Source: Octopus sinensis (taxonomy: Eukaryota). Taken from it: a stretch of 55,378 bases of DNA. Below, in pieces: positions 1 through 11,553 of the stretch (positions are counted from its first letter, which is position 1; every line of letters starts with the position of its first letter). The position numbers and the translations under genes were made by a program. The notes under the pieces are model-generated. The model had not been told where the DNA came from. It did not search any database and worked only from the letters and a program-made list of their open reading frames with translations. The stretch is from NCBI RefSeq assembly GCF_006345805.1, contig NW_021833761.1, forward strand, positions 1 through 55,378. The letters run 5' to 3'.

Positions 1-171
1 CAGGTCGATACAGCTTGGCACCAGCGACGTCGCAACTCATTTCTACAGCTGAGTGAACTGGAGCAAGTGAAATAAAGTGCCCCTTGCTCAGGACACACAC
101 GCAGCCCGGTCCGGGATTCGAGCTCACAGCCTCACGATCGTAAGCTCACAGCCTCACTGAGCCATGCGCCT
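1..171 (-). mobile_element. tRNA-derived SINE family A, 5' part (cut by window start)
   Basis: Reverse complement gives a tRNA-like head (GGCGCATGGCTCAGTG...TCGAATCCCGG); colinear with 10438-10612, with several small indels. Confidence 0.85.
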
Positions 172-210
172 TAGATATATATATAATATATATAATATAT
201 AATATATATA

Positions 211-259
<49 letters not shown>

Positions 260-272
260 CGTATATATATGT

Positions 273-455
273 ACCGTTGCCGATTTTTTCCCTCTGTCCT
301 CCCTCTCTGGATCTTTCCTTCTCCTATGTTTTCCGACGAAGAGCTCCGCTCGAAACGTTAAAAACCCTCCTTCTTTCCTGAGCGTCCGATAATACTATAT
401 TTGTTCCCCGTCCTCGCGTTGTTGTGTTTTTTTGTGCTTTCTTGTTTGAATTACT
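273..455 (+). mobile_element. Short PLE-terminus-like cassette between (TA)n arrays, with a minimal hammerhead motif
   Basis: Flanked by (TA)n; GTTTT-CCGACGA-A-GAGC-TCC-GCTC-GAAAC-GTT-AAAAAC at 328-365; downstream TTCCTGAGCG..TAATAC shared with the 2250/51720 family. Confidence 0.7.
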
Positions 456-462
456 GTACATA

Positions 463-554
<92 letters not shown>

Positions 555-678
555 CATATCTATAATATATAATTATACATATATACATATATATATACAT
601 ATATATACATATATACATATATATATAGATATATATATATAGATATATATATATATTTATATATATATGTATGTATAT

Positions 679-985
679 GGAGGCGCAATCCCAGTGGTTA
701 AGGCAGCATACTACCGGTCGTAGGATCGCGGTTTCAATTCCCAGACCAGGCGTTGTGAGTGTTTATTGAGCGAAAACACCTAAAAGCTCTACGAAACTCC
801 AGCAGGGGTGGTGGCGATCTGTGCTGTACTCTTTCGTCCCAACTTTCTCTCACTCTTTCTTCTGTTTGCCTGCTTGCTTAGTCAGCGGGTTGGCGTCATT
901 TGAAGGCTAAAACAATGCGAAACGCATTGTGACCAGCGATGTGTAGCAACATCTGGTAACCTGGTCGGTCACGTGATCACGTGAT
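679..985 (+). mobile_element. tRNA-derived SINE family B (tail type 3)
   Basis: Head GGAGGCGCAAT..CAGTGGTTA..GGTTTCAATTCCC with A/B-box-like motifs; near-identical inverse copy at 26752-27068. Confidence 0.85.
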
Positions 986-1320
986 ATATATATATATATA
1001 TATAAAGCATTATCCACGCTTGTATCTATGTTTACCACTCCTGCAATGACTTACTTTGACTCCCTTTATGTTTGTTAGTCGACAAAAACTAATCGATAAA
1101 AATAAGTACTGGGATCGATATAGTCTACTAAATGTTTGGTCGTGTTCCTATGACTAATACCAATGAAGAAATCGTACGCACACGCACACACATAGGCATA
1201 CGTACACATACACGCGGGTGTCCGCATGCTCACAGAGGGACATACACACGCTCACACAAACATGCACACACGTATATACACAGAGAGAGGGGAGCAAAAT
1301 TAAGTGGGATGTTGAGAACC

Positions 1321-1493
<173 letters not shown>

Positions 1494-2170
1494 CTTCTAT
1501 CCATGTTACAAAATTTATAGGATATTTTATAGATCCTTAAAATGACTGACTTTTTTCTCTTTCCGTTTTATTCTAGTTTAAGAAATAATGTCTTGGAAGG
1601 AATCATAAAATAAGTACGTAAAGACATTAGGAAAATGTATGCAGAGATAAAATCCCATCATTTCTTACAAAGGACTATAATAAAATGTAAACGCACTTAT
1701 AGTAAATGAACCAAAATTCAGTAGCAATGATATTGGACTTAAGATCATGAGTTCAATATCAAATCCATTCGGCCAGTTCACTATTTTCTAGTTCATCGAC
1801 TAGAAATATATACTAAATTATTTTGGAATACTACCAGGCTGGAATATTTACGCCCTTGCGCACTGTGGGACGAAACCGAAACAAGTAGCCTAACCTTAAA
1901 AGTATCCCCGTATCCACTTCTGTGACTTAGAAAGCATTTACATTGTTCTCAATGAACATATTAATTGTCCGCAGTAGAATTACTCGGGAGAGCTTTGTGC
2001 GTGAGTGTGTATGCGTGCGCGCGCGTGTGTGTGTGTGTGTGTGTGTGTGCGTGCGTGTGTGTGTGTGTGTGTGTCTGTGTGGTGCGTATGTATATAAATA
2101 TACTTCTATATATGTATACATAAATAGATACACACGCACACAAACAGAGACATACATACTTATAAATAGA

Positions 2171-2210
<40 letters not shown>

Positions 2211-2214
2211 CCGT

Positions 2215-2248
<34 letters not shown>

Positions 2249-2249
2249 C

Positions 2250-2458
2250 ACCATGTTGAATCGCTAGCTTCTGCACGCATTTTTTTTCTCTCCTTGTTTC
2301 TCTCCGTGTTTCTTTTCTGTGTATCTTTCTGTTGAAGAGCGTAGGCTCGAAACGTAAAAAACTTGTTTTATTTATATTCCTGACCGCCATACTAATACAA
2401 TTGCTTGTTTGTACTCCACCTGCCTTCGTCTTTTGTTTATTTTCATAAAGCTTCCCGT

Positions 2459-2460
<2 letters not shown>
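2250..2460 (+). mobile_element. PLE-terminus-like cassette in (TA)n with a minimal hammerhead variant (CUGUUGA core)
   Basis: TCTTT-CTGTTGA-A-GAGC-GTAG-GCTC-GAAAC-GTA at 2324-2356; near-identical copy at 51720-51911 and partial copy at 46685-46803. Confidence 0.75.
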
Positions 2461-2490
<30 letters not shown>

Positions 2491-3496
2491 CACTATGTAT
2501 GGCGAGGAGATAAAGCAACATTCACAAACTCATGACGATAATTAGAAACGACTTAATGACTGTTTAGCAGTTTTTAAATGTCACACTATTGCTGTTTACA
2601 ATCATTTAGCGAAATGTTCACCCGAGGTCACCACTGTTTTCTAAACATAAATCTCACGTTTTTGTTATGCTTTTCAGACCACAGAAGTCGTCCTACTTTT
2701 TTTTTTTTTAAATGATTATTGTTTGATATCTCATCAAAAAGTAAGAGTCGTCAGAAATATTTTTACTTTAAATTGGCCCTTGTCACAACAGAATTACGTT
2801 TGGGGTTGCTACATCTCCTACTTGAACTATATTAAATGAAGTAGCAGTTGAGCATTTTTTATGGCTTAATACGTATAAAGAGTTTGTATGAAAGTTACCC
2901 CCTTCCCTGTGCTCTATACACAATCTGTTGACAATTGTTCGCAATGTTCCAGCATTATTTCATATCTTCCAGTCGAAATGAATGTTAACTTATTTAATTT
3001 AAATCACTTAATATTCTCAGTTTCCTATCTTTATGGTTTGAAAATTTTTTTTACAACTTTTCCGCTCTACTTTTCTCAGAACATAGAAAATTATTACCAT
3101 GCCTGCCTTTAGTATGGTTTCATTCAATTTTATTTCAGAGAGCCTTTTCTATTATTTTTTTTTCGCCCAACTATAAAATTTGGAAGTGCTTATTTTTATA
3201 CAGCATTCTCACGATTACACACTTTCTTTGGGTTATTTCAGAAAAGAAAATCAATTAGAGCCCCACCCAACTAAAATTCATCCCATTCTTTTGACATAAC
3301 ACCGTTAAGGTTTCTCCAAACACGATATCAGCAATTCTTAGAACAGCAATTGTATCATTTTTTATCTGGTGAAAAAAATACTTATTTTCCCCCCTCCAAA
3401 GCACTGATAACATAAACGCTTACAAATAAAAATTCACTTGGAAATTCTCACTGAAGTAATGTTTGTCTCCTGACCCATAAAACGTACAGAAACGTT

Positions 3497-4040
<544 letters not shown>

Positions 4041-4956
4041 GCATGAGTACACATGCACGAATGTATAGGGAGAGATAGGCATGCAGACAGAATCACTTGA
4101 GAGGCACTCGTGAGAATATGCAGTACTTTGCGTCTATTTTCCAAGTTCAAAATCCGTGTGTTTGGACTTTGCCTTTTATAATAAAACAAAATAAAATACC
4201 AGTAATGTACCGGAGTCGATATATTTGGCTATACCCCACTCCAAATTAGGCCTCTGGTAGAATTCAATGCAGTTTACGATTAGCAATATCGAATTTACCT
4301 CATCAGCCATGGTACTACCTGAGAAACATGCAAGAAGTTAAGAAGGTTTTTCATTTGATCTTCCATAAATATACGTATATTCCCATATACATACTTATTT
4401 ATATATGTGCGTGTGTGTGTGTGTGTGTGTGTGTTTTAGGGAATTAGTAATAATGGTATACCCCCTCCTACGCGGCGAATGGAATAACCTAGTCACTATA
4501 AGTAAAGAGAAATGCATAAGTAGGAGTGGCTGTGTGGTAAGTAGCTTGCTAACCTCACTGACTGAAGAGTGACTTTGCTTACCTTACTACGGTTTGGACG
4601 CGTTTTTCTTCTCGGTAAGAGTTTTGCTGTGTTGTTAATATTACTTCGTACTATCTGGATTACTTGTTGAATTTTACTACTGAAAATTTGTTTTTTAACG
4701 TTGTTGAACTGTCTTGTTCCCCGGTTTTACCGGAGAATAATTGGATAATTTGTCACTGTTGAACTGTTAGGCATTGTGGCTTTTTTATCTTCGTGACTGC
4801 ATATAGTCTTGCTAGACTAAGTTTGTGCCCCTCCCTCGAATGGGGGTGGGAATTAAACTTAATTTTTGAACTGCTTTTGAACTGCTTTGGGAGAAAAACT
4901 TTTTATTGGTTTTCCAGTTTTGTGGGAAACCAATATTTGTATTTTTTGTGTTGTCT

Positions 4957-6395
4957 ATGACGAATTTCAACAAAATAATGTCTGTTGAGATTATTCACGA
5001 AAATAGTGCTCTTGAGGAGAGCAATGTTGATAGTTGTGGTAAAAAATTTTTGGCGGTGGCCGCAGTGGCAACCGAGAACATTAGCATTAATGTTAATCAG
5101 CTCGTCAAGCTATTTAAAAGAATGAAAGAGGAGGGTGGTGATATTAAAATATCACCTTCCGCCAGTATCGTGGAGACCGACAAGCGGACCGTAGTGTTTA
5201 AAACCTTCTGTCCACAAAGCAGAAGGTTCAAACACTTTGAAAAGAATATTATCGAAAAATGCCTGTCCCTGATTTGCAGGGACATTGTGTACGTCGCCAG
5301 GGGACGGGCATACGGCACTGTGGAGGTCCGCTTCTCGGGGGAAGAGGTGGCCCGCGGGCATTCCGTGAATCCCCTAAAAACTAAGGAGGTGGTACTTCTG
5401 CCGACCTATATGGGACGTAGGACGTCCCGGGTCAAGATTGCAGAAGCGCCGCCAGAAGTAGATCCTGTAGAGGTAGTGACCGCCCTGTTATATAAGAGGG
5501 CGGAGAAAATCAAAATATTACAGGTAACATGCTCTGCCCCTCAAAATTGGCTTGGGCAGAACATTAATGTAATAATCCAAGGAACACAGGAGGACCTGCA
5601 GGTCCTTCCTGAGAGGATGCTCGTGGGCGAGAATGTGGCCCTCAGGGTACAGGTCGAAGGCCGAAAACCCACCTGTTACGCCTGCGGCAAAAAGGACCAC
5701 ATTCGTGTGGACTGTCCAGACAATCAAAAGAAACCGCTGACACCAGGCCCCTCAGATAATAAAAAAAATCCCTACCCTTGCAAACTCACCTACCCCTACA
5801 AAAACAAAAAGTCCCACTCCTGCTGTTACGGTGTCAACCCCAAAACAAACTGACAAAAAAACCCAGCCCTTGCACACACAAACCCCTACATTATTAAAAC
5901 TTCCCACCCTCTTAAAAATTGCGGCGCCTACTGAACAAAATATTGCTAACCCAGACGATACCATGGAGGTATCAGAGGAGGGATTTACAACTGTTCGTAA
6001 AAGAACTCGAGCATCATCCCCGTCCACATCCCCTACAAAAAATAATAAAAATAATGACACACCAAAGACACCAAACAAAAAAATCCCGCCCAACTGGCCC
6101 AGAAAAAGAAGACGAAAAAAAAGAATTCATATTAATTGAGTATGATACACGAAACAAATATATAAATGATATTGTGGTTCCGCATCACACAGCAAGACTG
6201 TACGACAAACACAAAGATCTAGACGGAAGATGTGCGTGGATTGCGGATAAAGTGTACAAACAATTAAAAGACAGACACCCAAAGGCCATCCGGCGTATCG
6301 CGAACTTGCCGGGTTATCTGAGGAAGGAGGAGAAAGAAGGGGCCCACAAGTGTGTGGTGAGGTCGACCCCAACCTCTCCAACGAAATGTAAGTAG
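4957..6395 (+). CDS. LINE ORF1 (gag-like nucleic-acid-binding protein with CCHC zinc knuckle), two apparent frameshifts
   Basis: CYACGKKDHIRVDC = CX2CX4HX4C. ORFs 4906-5853, 5831-6139 and 5919-6395 join into one frame if one A is removed from each of the runs at 5761-5768 and 6077-6083. Pro/Thr/Lys-rich linker; GFTTVRKR is typical of Tx1/L1 ORF1. Confidence 0.8.
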
Positions 6396-6412
6396 AACTT
6401 TTACTTTTTGTA

Positions 6413-6760
6413 ATGGCTTCGCTTAACCTTGGTTGTTTAAATGTGCGTGGTCTGAGTTCGAAGTGGTAGCAGGCTTGTTTCCTCGACGACCTCAGATCAC
6501 ATGATATACATGTGATGGTTGCTACAGAGACCAAACTGAACAGCCTACAAACCTTCTCGCCTCTCCTGAATGGCTACAAGAAAATCATGTCTCCTGCCCA
6601 GACCGGAGGGCGAGGGGGTGTAGTGGTACTGATCCGTAAAGACTTGGCTCTGCAGACAAGTACAGTCTATGTGGACCCTGAAGGTGGGCTGGTCGTCCTT
6701 GATGTGACATACAGCAGTAAGGCAAGGCCTTCAGGTTGATCGGACTCTATGCACCTTGTG
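6413..6760 (+). pseudogene. LINE ORF2 N-terminus (APE endonuclease), disrupted and truncated
   Basis: MASLNLGCLNVRGL..*..VATETKL..GRGGVVVLIRK..GGLVVLDV..(frameshift)FRLIGLYAP match the L1/Tx1 EN motifs NVRGL, QET, GV and YAP; in-frame TAG near 6467. Confidence 0.88.
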
Positions 6761-6926
6761 CTAGAGGTTTCCAAACTGAATAAAGCTCTTTTTCTTTGCA
6801 GAATTCAAGCCGGTCTCTAGCAAAATGGCTAGGCTCGACAGCTCATGGAGTTCGTGGATATGCGAATTTGTTAGTGTGCATGTATATTATACACACACAC
6901 ACTCTCTCACACACACACATACACAC

Positions 6927-7007
<81 letters not shown>

Positions 7008-7159
7008 CATTCTTTTATATTAATTTTCTTGTAAATAATTTAATTTAATTATTTTCATATTATTATATTACACCTCCACTAAAAATATACCTAGTATTAT
7101 TTTACACTAATCACACACAATAACTAACCTATTATGCACATCATAAGCAATTTTATAAA

Positions 7160-7500
7160 AATTTCGTCTGCCATTACGTGCTGAGTTCAAATTCCGCCGA
7201 GGTCGACTTTGCCTTTCATCCTTTCGGAGTCGATTAGATAAGTACCAGTTACGCACTGGGTCGATATAATCGACTTAATCCGTTTGTCTGTCCTTGTTTG
7301 TCCTCTCTATGTTTAGCCCCTTGTGGGTAATAAAGAAATAGGTATTGCGTCTGCCGCTACGTTCTGAGTTCAAATTCCGCCGAGGTAGACTTTGCCTTTC
7401 ATCCTTCCGGGGTCGATAAATTAAGTGCCACTTGCGTACTAGGGTCGATCTAATCGACTGGCTCCCTCCCCAAAAGTTTCAGGATTTGTTCCTAGAGTAG
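7160..7500 (+). mobile_element. SINE family D, tandem/dimeric copy nested in the LINE 3' region
   Basis: CTGAGTTCAAATTCCGCCGAGGT(C/A)GACTTTGCCTTTCATCC occurs twice (about 7181 and 7364); related copies at 28820, 32867 and 34875. Confidence 0.85.
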
Positions 7501-7789
7501 AAATAGATAAACACTACTGCTATATATACTAGCTTAGATTTTAGTATATGAATTTTTATTGAACAGTCACACTTTGTAACACATACATAAATTCCATTAT
7601 TATTCACATAACTACATTTAATTAATAACCATATTAACAAATTATTAATAACAAAATAATGAATGATATGCAATCATATTATTATATCTATTTTTTAAAT
7701 TTAAATTTTTATTTTTATTTTCATTTATTCAGGCATTTATCTATTTTATTTTATTGTATTTTTATTTATTTTTTTATATTTTTATCCAT

Positions 7790-8185
7790 AGTGGCTGTGT
7801 GGTAAGTTGCTTGCTAACCAACCACATCGTTCCGGGTTCAGTCTCACTGCGTGGCACCTTGGGCAAGTGCCTCTGCTCTAGCTCCGGGCCGACCAATAAC
7901 TTGTGAGTGAATTTGATAGACGGAAACTGAAAGAAGCCTGTCGTATATATGTATATATATATATATGTGTGTGTGTGTGTTTGTGTGTCTGTGTTTGTCA
8001 CCTAGCATTGCTTGACAACCGATGCTGGTGTGTTTACGTCCCCGTTACTTAGCGGTTCGGTAAAAGAGACCGATAGAATAAGTACTGGGCTTACAAAGAA
8101 TAAGTCCCGGGGTCGATTTGCTCGACTAAAGGCGGTGCTCTAGCATGGCCGCAGTCAAATGACTGAAACAAGTAAAGAGAAAGAG
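7790..8185 (+). mobile_element. SINE family C (CORE-like), body downstream of the LINE insertion
   Basis: tRNA-like head, GGCACCTTGGGCAAGTG CORE-like block, internal (TA)/(TG) tract, tail GACTGAAACAAGTAAAGAG; copies at 8250, 11145 and 36860. Confidence 0.88.
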
Positions 8186-8249
8186 GAATAATAAATTATA
8201 ATAAAAGTTATAATAGAGTGCTAATAGGGAAAGCATTAGATACAGACGC

Positions 8250-8553
8250 TTGGTTCCGGGTTCAGTCCCACTGTGTAGCATCTTGGGCAAGTGTCTTCTG
8301 CTATAGCCTCGGGCCGCCAAAGCCTTGTGAGTGGATTTAGTAGACGGAAACTGAAAGAACCCCATCGCATGTGTGTGTGTGTTGTGTGTGTGTCCGTCGC
8401 TTGACAACCGATGTTGATGTGTTTACGTCCTTCTAACTTAGTGGTTCCGCCAAAGAGCCTGATAGAATAAGTCCTGAGTTCGATTTGTTCGACTAAAGGC
8501 GGTGCTCTAATATGGCCGCAGTCAAATGACTGAAACAAATAAAAGAATAAAAG
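8250..8553 (+). mobile_element. SINE family C, 5'-truncated
   Basis: Colinear with 7830-8185. Confidence 0.88.
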
Positions 8554-8736
8554 ACTATATACATTTGCGAGTCTATGTAAATGTATATACAGATATAAAC
8601 TAGTGTGCGGCTTTGATAAGCACGCGTAATTATATATGCTTGTTTTAGTGCGGATGTATGTGTTATACTTAATTATTATTTGATTACTTTGTTTTTGATA
8701 TTGTAATCTATGCTAAATTGTAACTACATATATATA

Positions 8737-9113
8737 CACTTGCGTCAGAAATTAATTAGCACTTCTCAAATTTCTACATTAAATAGGTTAAATCAATTAA
8801 CCTATGAGCTGTTCAAAACGTCTTACGCGATGAGAAAACTTAGTATGGTGTGATTTCGGTCCTTGCGAGGCGCTACCTATATCTATTAAACAAAGGAAGA
8901 TTTGTCTGCATCCGCACTCCGAGCTGTTGTTGCACTGCTATGTCAACATCATAAGGCTGTAGACTCTCAAACTGCTCTGCAAACAAAGTTACGTCATCGT
9001 TCTGCGCAACAGTGAACTCGCAACAAAGCAATAGTTCGAGATATGGCCACTAGGTGACAGCACATACCTTGAGTGAAGAGCAAATCAAGGGTGCTAATTA
9101 ATTTCTGACGGTA

Positions 9114-9116
<3 letters not shown>
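8737..9116. mobile_element. Tc1/mariner-type MITE (380 bp)
   Basis: 26-bp TIRs: CACTTGCGTCAGAAATTAATTAGCAC versus reverse complement CACTACCGTCAGAAATTAATTAGCAC; TA on both sides. Confidence 0.9.
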
Positions 9117-9163
<47 letters not shown>

Positions 9164-9441
9164 TTTCGGTGCGAATTTGTATACGGCGCCGTTTTTACAA
9201 TCTTGTAAATAATAATAACGGTATTTTTATATAAGCTTAAAGCCCTCGACAGAAAAATGAGGACTTTCCTATACGCGTCTGTGTTACCTTTATACCAGCG
9301 AATCAGACTCTCTTTTCCTGTCAAATTTATATATATAGATATTTATTTTAATACTTCTTATATATTTAAATATAACGGTAATTATTTATCAATTGTTTCT
9401 CCTTACACATTAACTAGACTTATTTTAGATGTCACAAGCGC

Positions 9442-9527
<86 letters not shown>

Positions 9528-9838
9528 AGGGCGCGTGGGTTAGTGGTTAGGGCATTCGGCTCATGATCGTAAGGTTGTGAGTTCGATTCCCGGCGACGCG
9601 TTGTGTCCTTGAGCAAGACACTTTATTTCACGTTGCTCCAGTCCACTCAGCTGGCAAAAATGAGTAGTTTCTGTATTTCAAAAGAGCTAGCCTTGTCACA
9701 CTCTGTGTCACGCTGAATCTTCTTGCGAACTACGTTAAGGGTACACGTGTCTGTGGAGTGCTCAGCCACTTGCGCGTTAATTTCACGAGCAGGTTGTTCC
9801 GTCGTGGGATCCTCGTCGTCGTAACCGACGGAGTGCTC
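9528..9838 (+). mobile_element. SINE with family-A-like head/core and tail type 2
   Basis: tRNA-like head; GTCCTTGAGCAAGACACTTTATTTCACGTTGCTCCAG core shared with family A; 3' part matches 47142-47280. Confidence 0.85.
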
Positions 9839-9875
9839 ATGTATATATACATATATATGTATATGTATATATGTA

Positions 9876-9914
<39 letters not shown>

Positions 9915-10119
9915 ATATATATATATGTATGTATGTAGGTAGGTAGGTAGGTAGGTACTGTAAGTTTAGAAGGAATACTTGATAAGTGTAAGCACCTGTA
10001 TATGCCAGATCGTGGCAGAGGTGAGAGAATATATCAAACATAAAAGAGATGTGATAAACCTATTATAATGGGTAACACTACGTGTAATTTTTATTCTGTG
10101 ATGCAATCTTTGGATTAAC

Positions 10120-10229
10120 AATGTTTGCGGCTGAAGAGAGCTTTAAACCATCTTTTGTATCAATAATATACCTATGCTGATGTAATAACGGATTGTTTTT
10201 AAGGCTTGAAACATGTGTACCGCGATATT
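10120..10229 (+). ncRNA. Type I hammerhead ribozyme motif with large loop II, in a roughly 300-bp cassette (9960-10260)
   Basis: Stem I GCGG/CCGC (extendable), CTGAAGA at 10131-10137, 10-bp stem II GAGCTTTAAA/TTTAAGGCTT, GAAAC at 10208-10212, stem III AC-ATGT-GT, GUA triplet. Confidence 0.8.
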
Positions 10230-10277
10230 CGTTGTGTTCTGTTTTCAATTTATGTTTGATATATATATATATATATT

Positions 10278-10613
10278 TAAAGACCCCCTTCGGTCATGAA
10301 TGACCATGGGATTTCACCTAGAATGTTACCCTCCTAGACACAAGTCCGGGCAAGGTTGTTTATGGAAGGCCAGCAGTCGCCCATGCATACCAGCCTCCCC
10401 TCTCCACGCCACCAGTGTTATCCAAGGGAAAGACAAAGGTCGATACAGCTTGGCACCAGTGACGTCGCAACTCATTTCTACAGCTGAGTGAACTGGAGCA
10501 ACGTGAAATAAAGTGCCTTGCTCAAGAACACAACACGCAGCCCGGTCCGGGATTTGAGCTCACAGCCTCACGATCGTAAGCTCGACGCTCTAACCACTGA
10601 GCCATGCACCTTC
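10278..10613 (-). mobile_element. SINE family A, full length (tail type 1)
   Basis: tRNA-like head with an ACG-centred loop (TTACGAT), CORE/Meta-like block, tail ending GAAGGGGGTCTTT; copies at 1 and 34407. Confidence 0.88.
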
Positions 10614-10823
10614 ACCATATATATATATATATATGCACTAATTAAACGATGAATGTTACCTATTATTACCCTAATTATATTCACATATTATCCATTACCG
10701 ACTAAAACAACTTATAACCCACTAACCCAGGCATATACCAATATTAGCCATAAAATAATATTCCGTCTGCTCTGACGATTCTAAAATACAACACATAAAA
10801 ACCCAACAGTATACATTTTTCTA

Positions 10824-10922
10824 CCCCTCTGAAGAGATTTTACCTAGTATAATGATTTTAATAATTGCTATTTAATAATTGCTATTTAATTATTTCCGGT
10901 TTAATTGAAACAGCTGTAAGGG
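10824..10922 (+). ncRNA. Type I hammerhead ribozyme motif with large AT-rich loop II
   Basis: CCCT-CTGAAGA-(imperfect stem II GATTTTACC/GGTTTAATT)-GAAAC-AGCT-GTA-AGGG; palindromic stem III ACAGCTGT. Confidence 0.75.
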
Positions 10923-11144
10923 ACTATGTTTGACTTTTGCAGATAATAATTTGTTTTATTAAACGCTACATCTCCATTTTCTTATTTTCTTTTGAATGAT
11001 TATAAACCATGGCTTATTTATAAACTTATTATTTTCAAGAATATTATTATTCAAAAGTATTTGGTACTGAACCAGTAATTTATTGGGTGATACCATCCCT
11101 TAATATATTTGCTGTATTTCGGGAAGATCGAATCTCGATTGATA

Positions 11145-11457
11145 CTCTCTCTCTTTTACTTGTTTCAGTCATTTGACTGCGGCCATGCTGGAGCACCGCC
11201 TTTAGTCGAGCAACTCGACCCCGGGACTTATTCTTTGTAAGCCCAGTACTTATTCTATCGGTCTCTTTTGCCGAACCGCTAAGTGACGGGGACGTAAACA
11301 CACCAGCATCGGTTGTCAAGCAATGCTAGGGGGACAAACACAGACACACAAACATACACACACACACACACATATATACACTTGCCCATGGTGCCACACA
11401 GTGGGACTGAACCCGGAACCATGTGGTTGGTAAGCAAGCTACTTACCACACGGCCAC
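11145..11457 (-). mobile_element. SINE family C with internal deletion
   Basis: Reverse complement of 7791-8185, lacking most of the segment between the CORE-like block and the microsatellite. Confidence 0.88.
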
Positions 11458-11458
11458 G

Positions 11459-11553
11459 TGAATATTTCATCAAAGATAGGGGAAAAAGAGAACATATATG
11501 GAGAACTAATGAGCAACCTGCAGCTCTTATATCCAAGCTATAGATTTTCCATG
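11459..11553 (+). pseudogene. About 95-bp fragment of a restriction-like-endonuclease (R4-like) LINE C-terminus
   Basis: NISSKIGEKENIYGELMSNLQLLYPSYRF resembles the EKxxKYxxL helix of RLE domains. Confidence 0.5.

Larger units (their letters stand above)
4555..7789 (+). mobile_element. Internally deleted Tx1/L1-clade non-LTR retrotransposon inserted in a SINE head
   Basis: Probable 5'UTR, gag-like ORF1, start of APE endonuclease, no RT; bounded by 30-bp direct repeats at 4525-4554 and 7790-7819 (1 mismatch). Confidence 0.75.

Noticed and set aside
4265-4312. CTGATGAG on the minus strand
   Set aside because: No properly placed GAAA and no convincing stems; not counted as a hammerhead.
4555-4580. 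CTGAAGAG at the LINE 5' end
   Set aside because: Only a small TCACT/AGTGA hairpin; no downstream GAAA-NUH.
9528-9600. tRNA-like sequences (also 679, 10540, 27000, 34407, 47410, 50822)
   Set aside because: No complete cloverleaf or acceptor stem; they continue into SINE bodies, so they are SINE heads, not tRNA genes.
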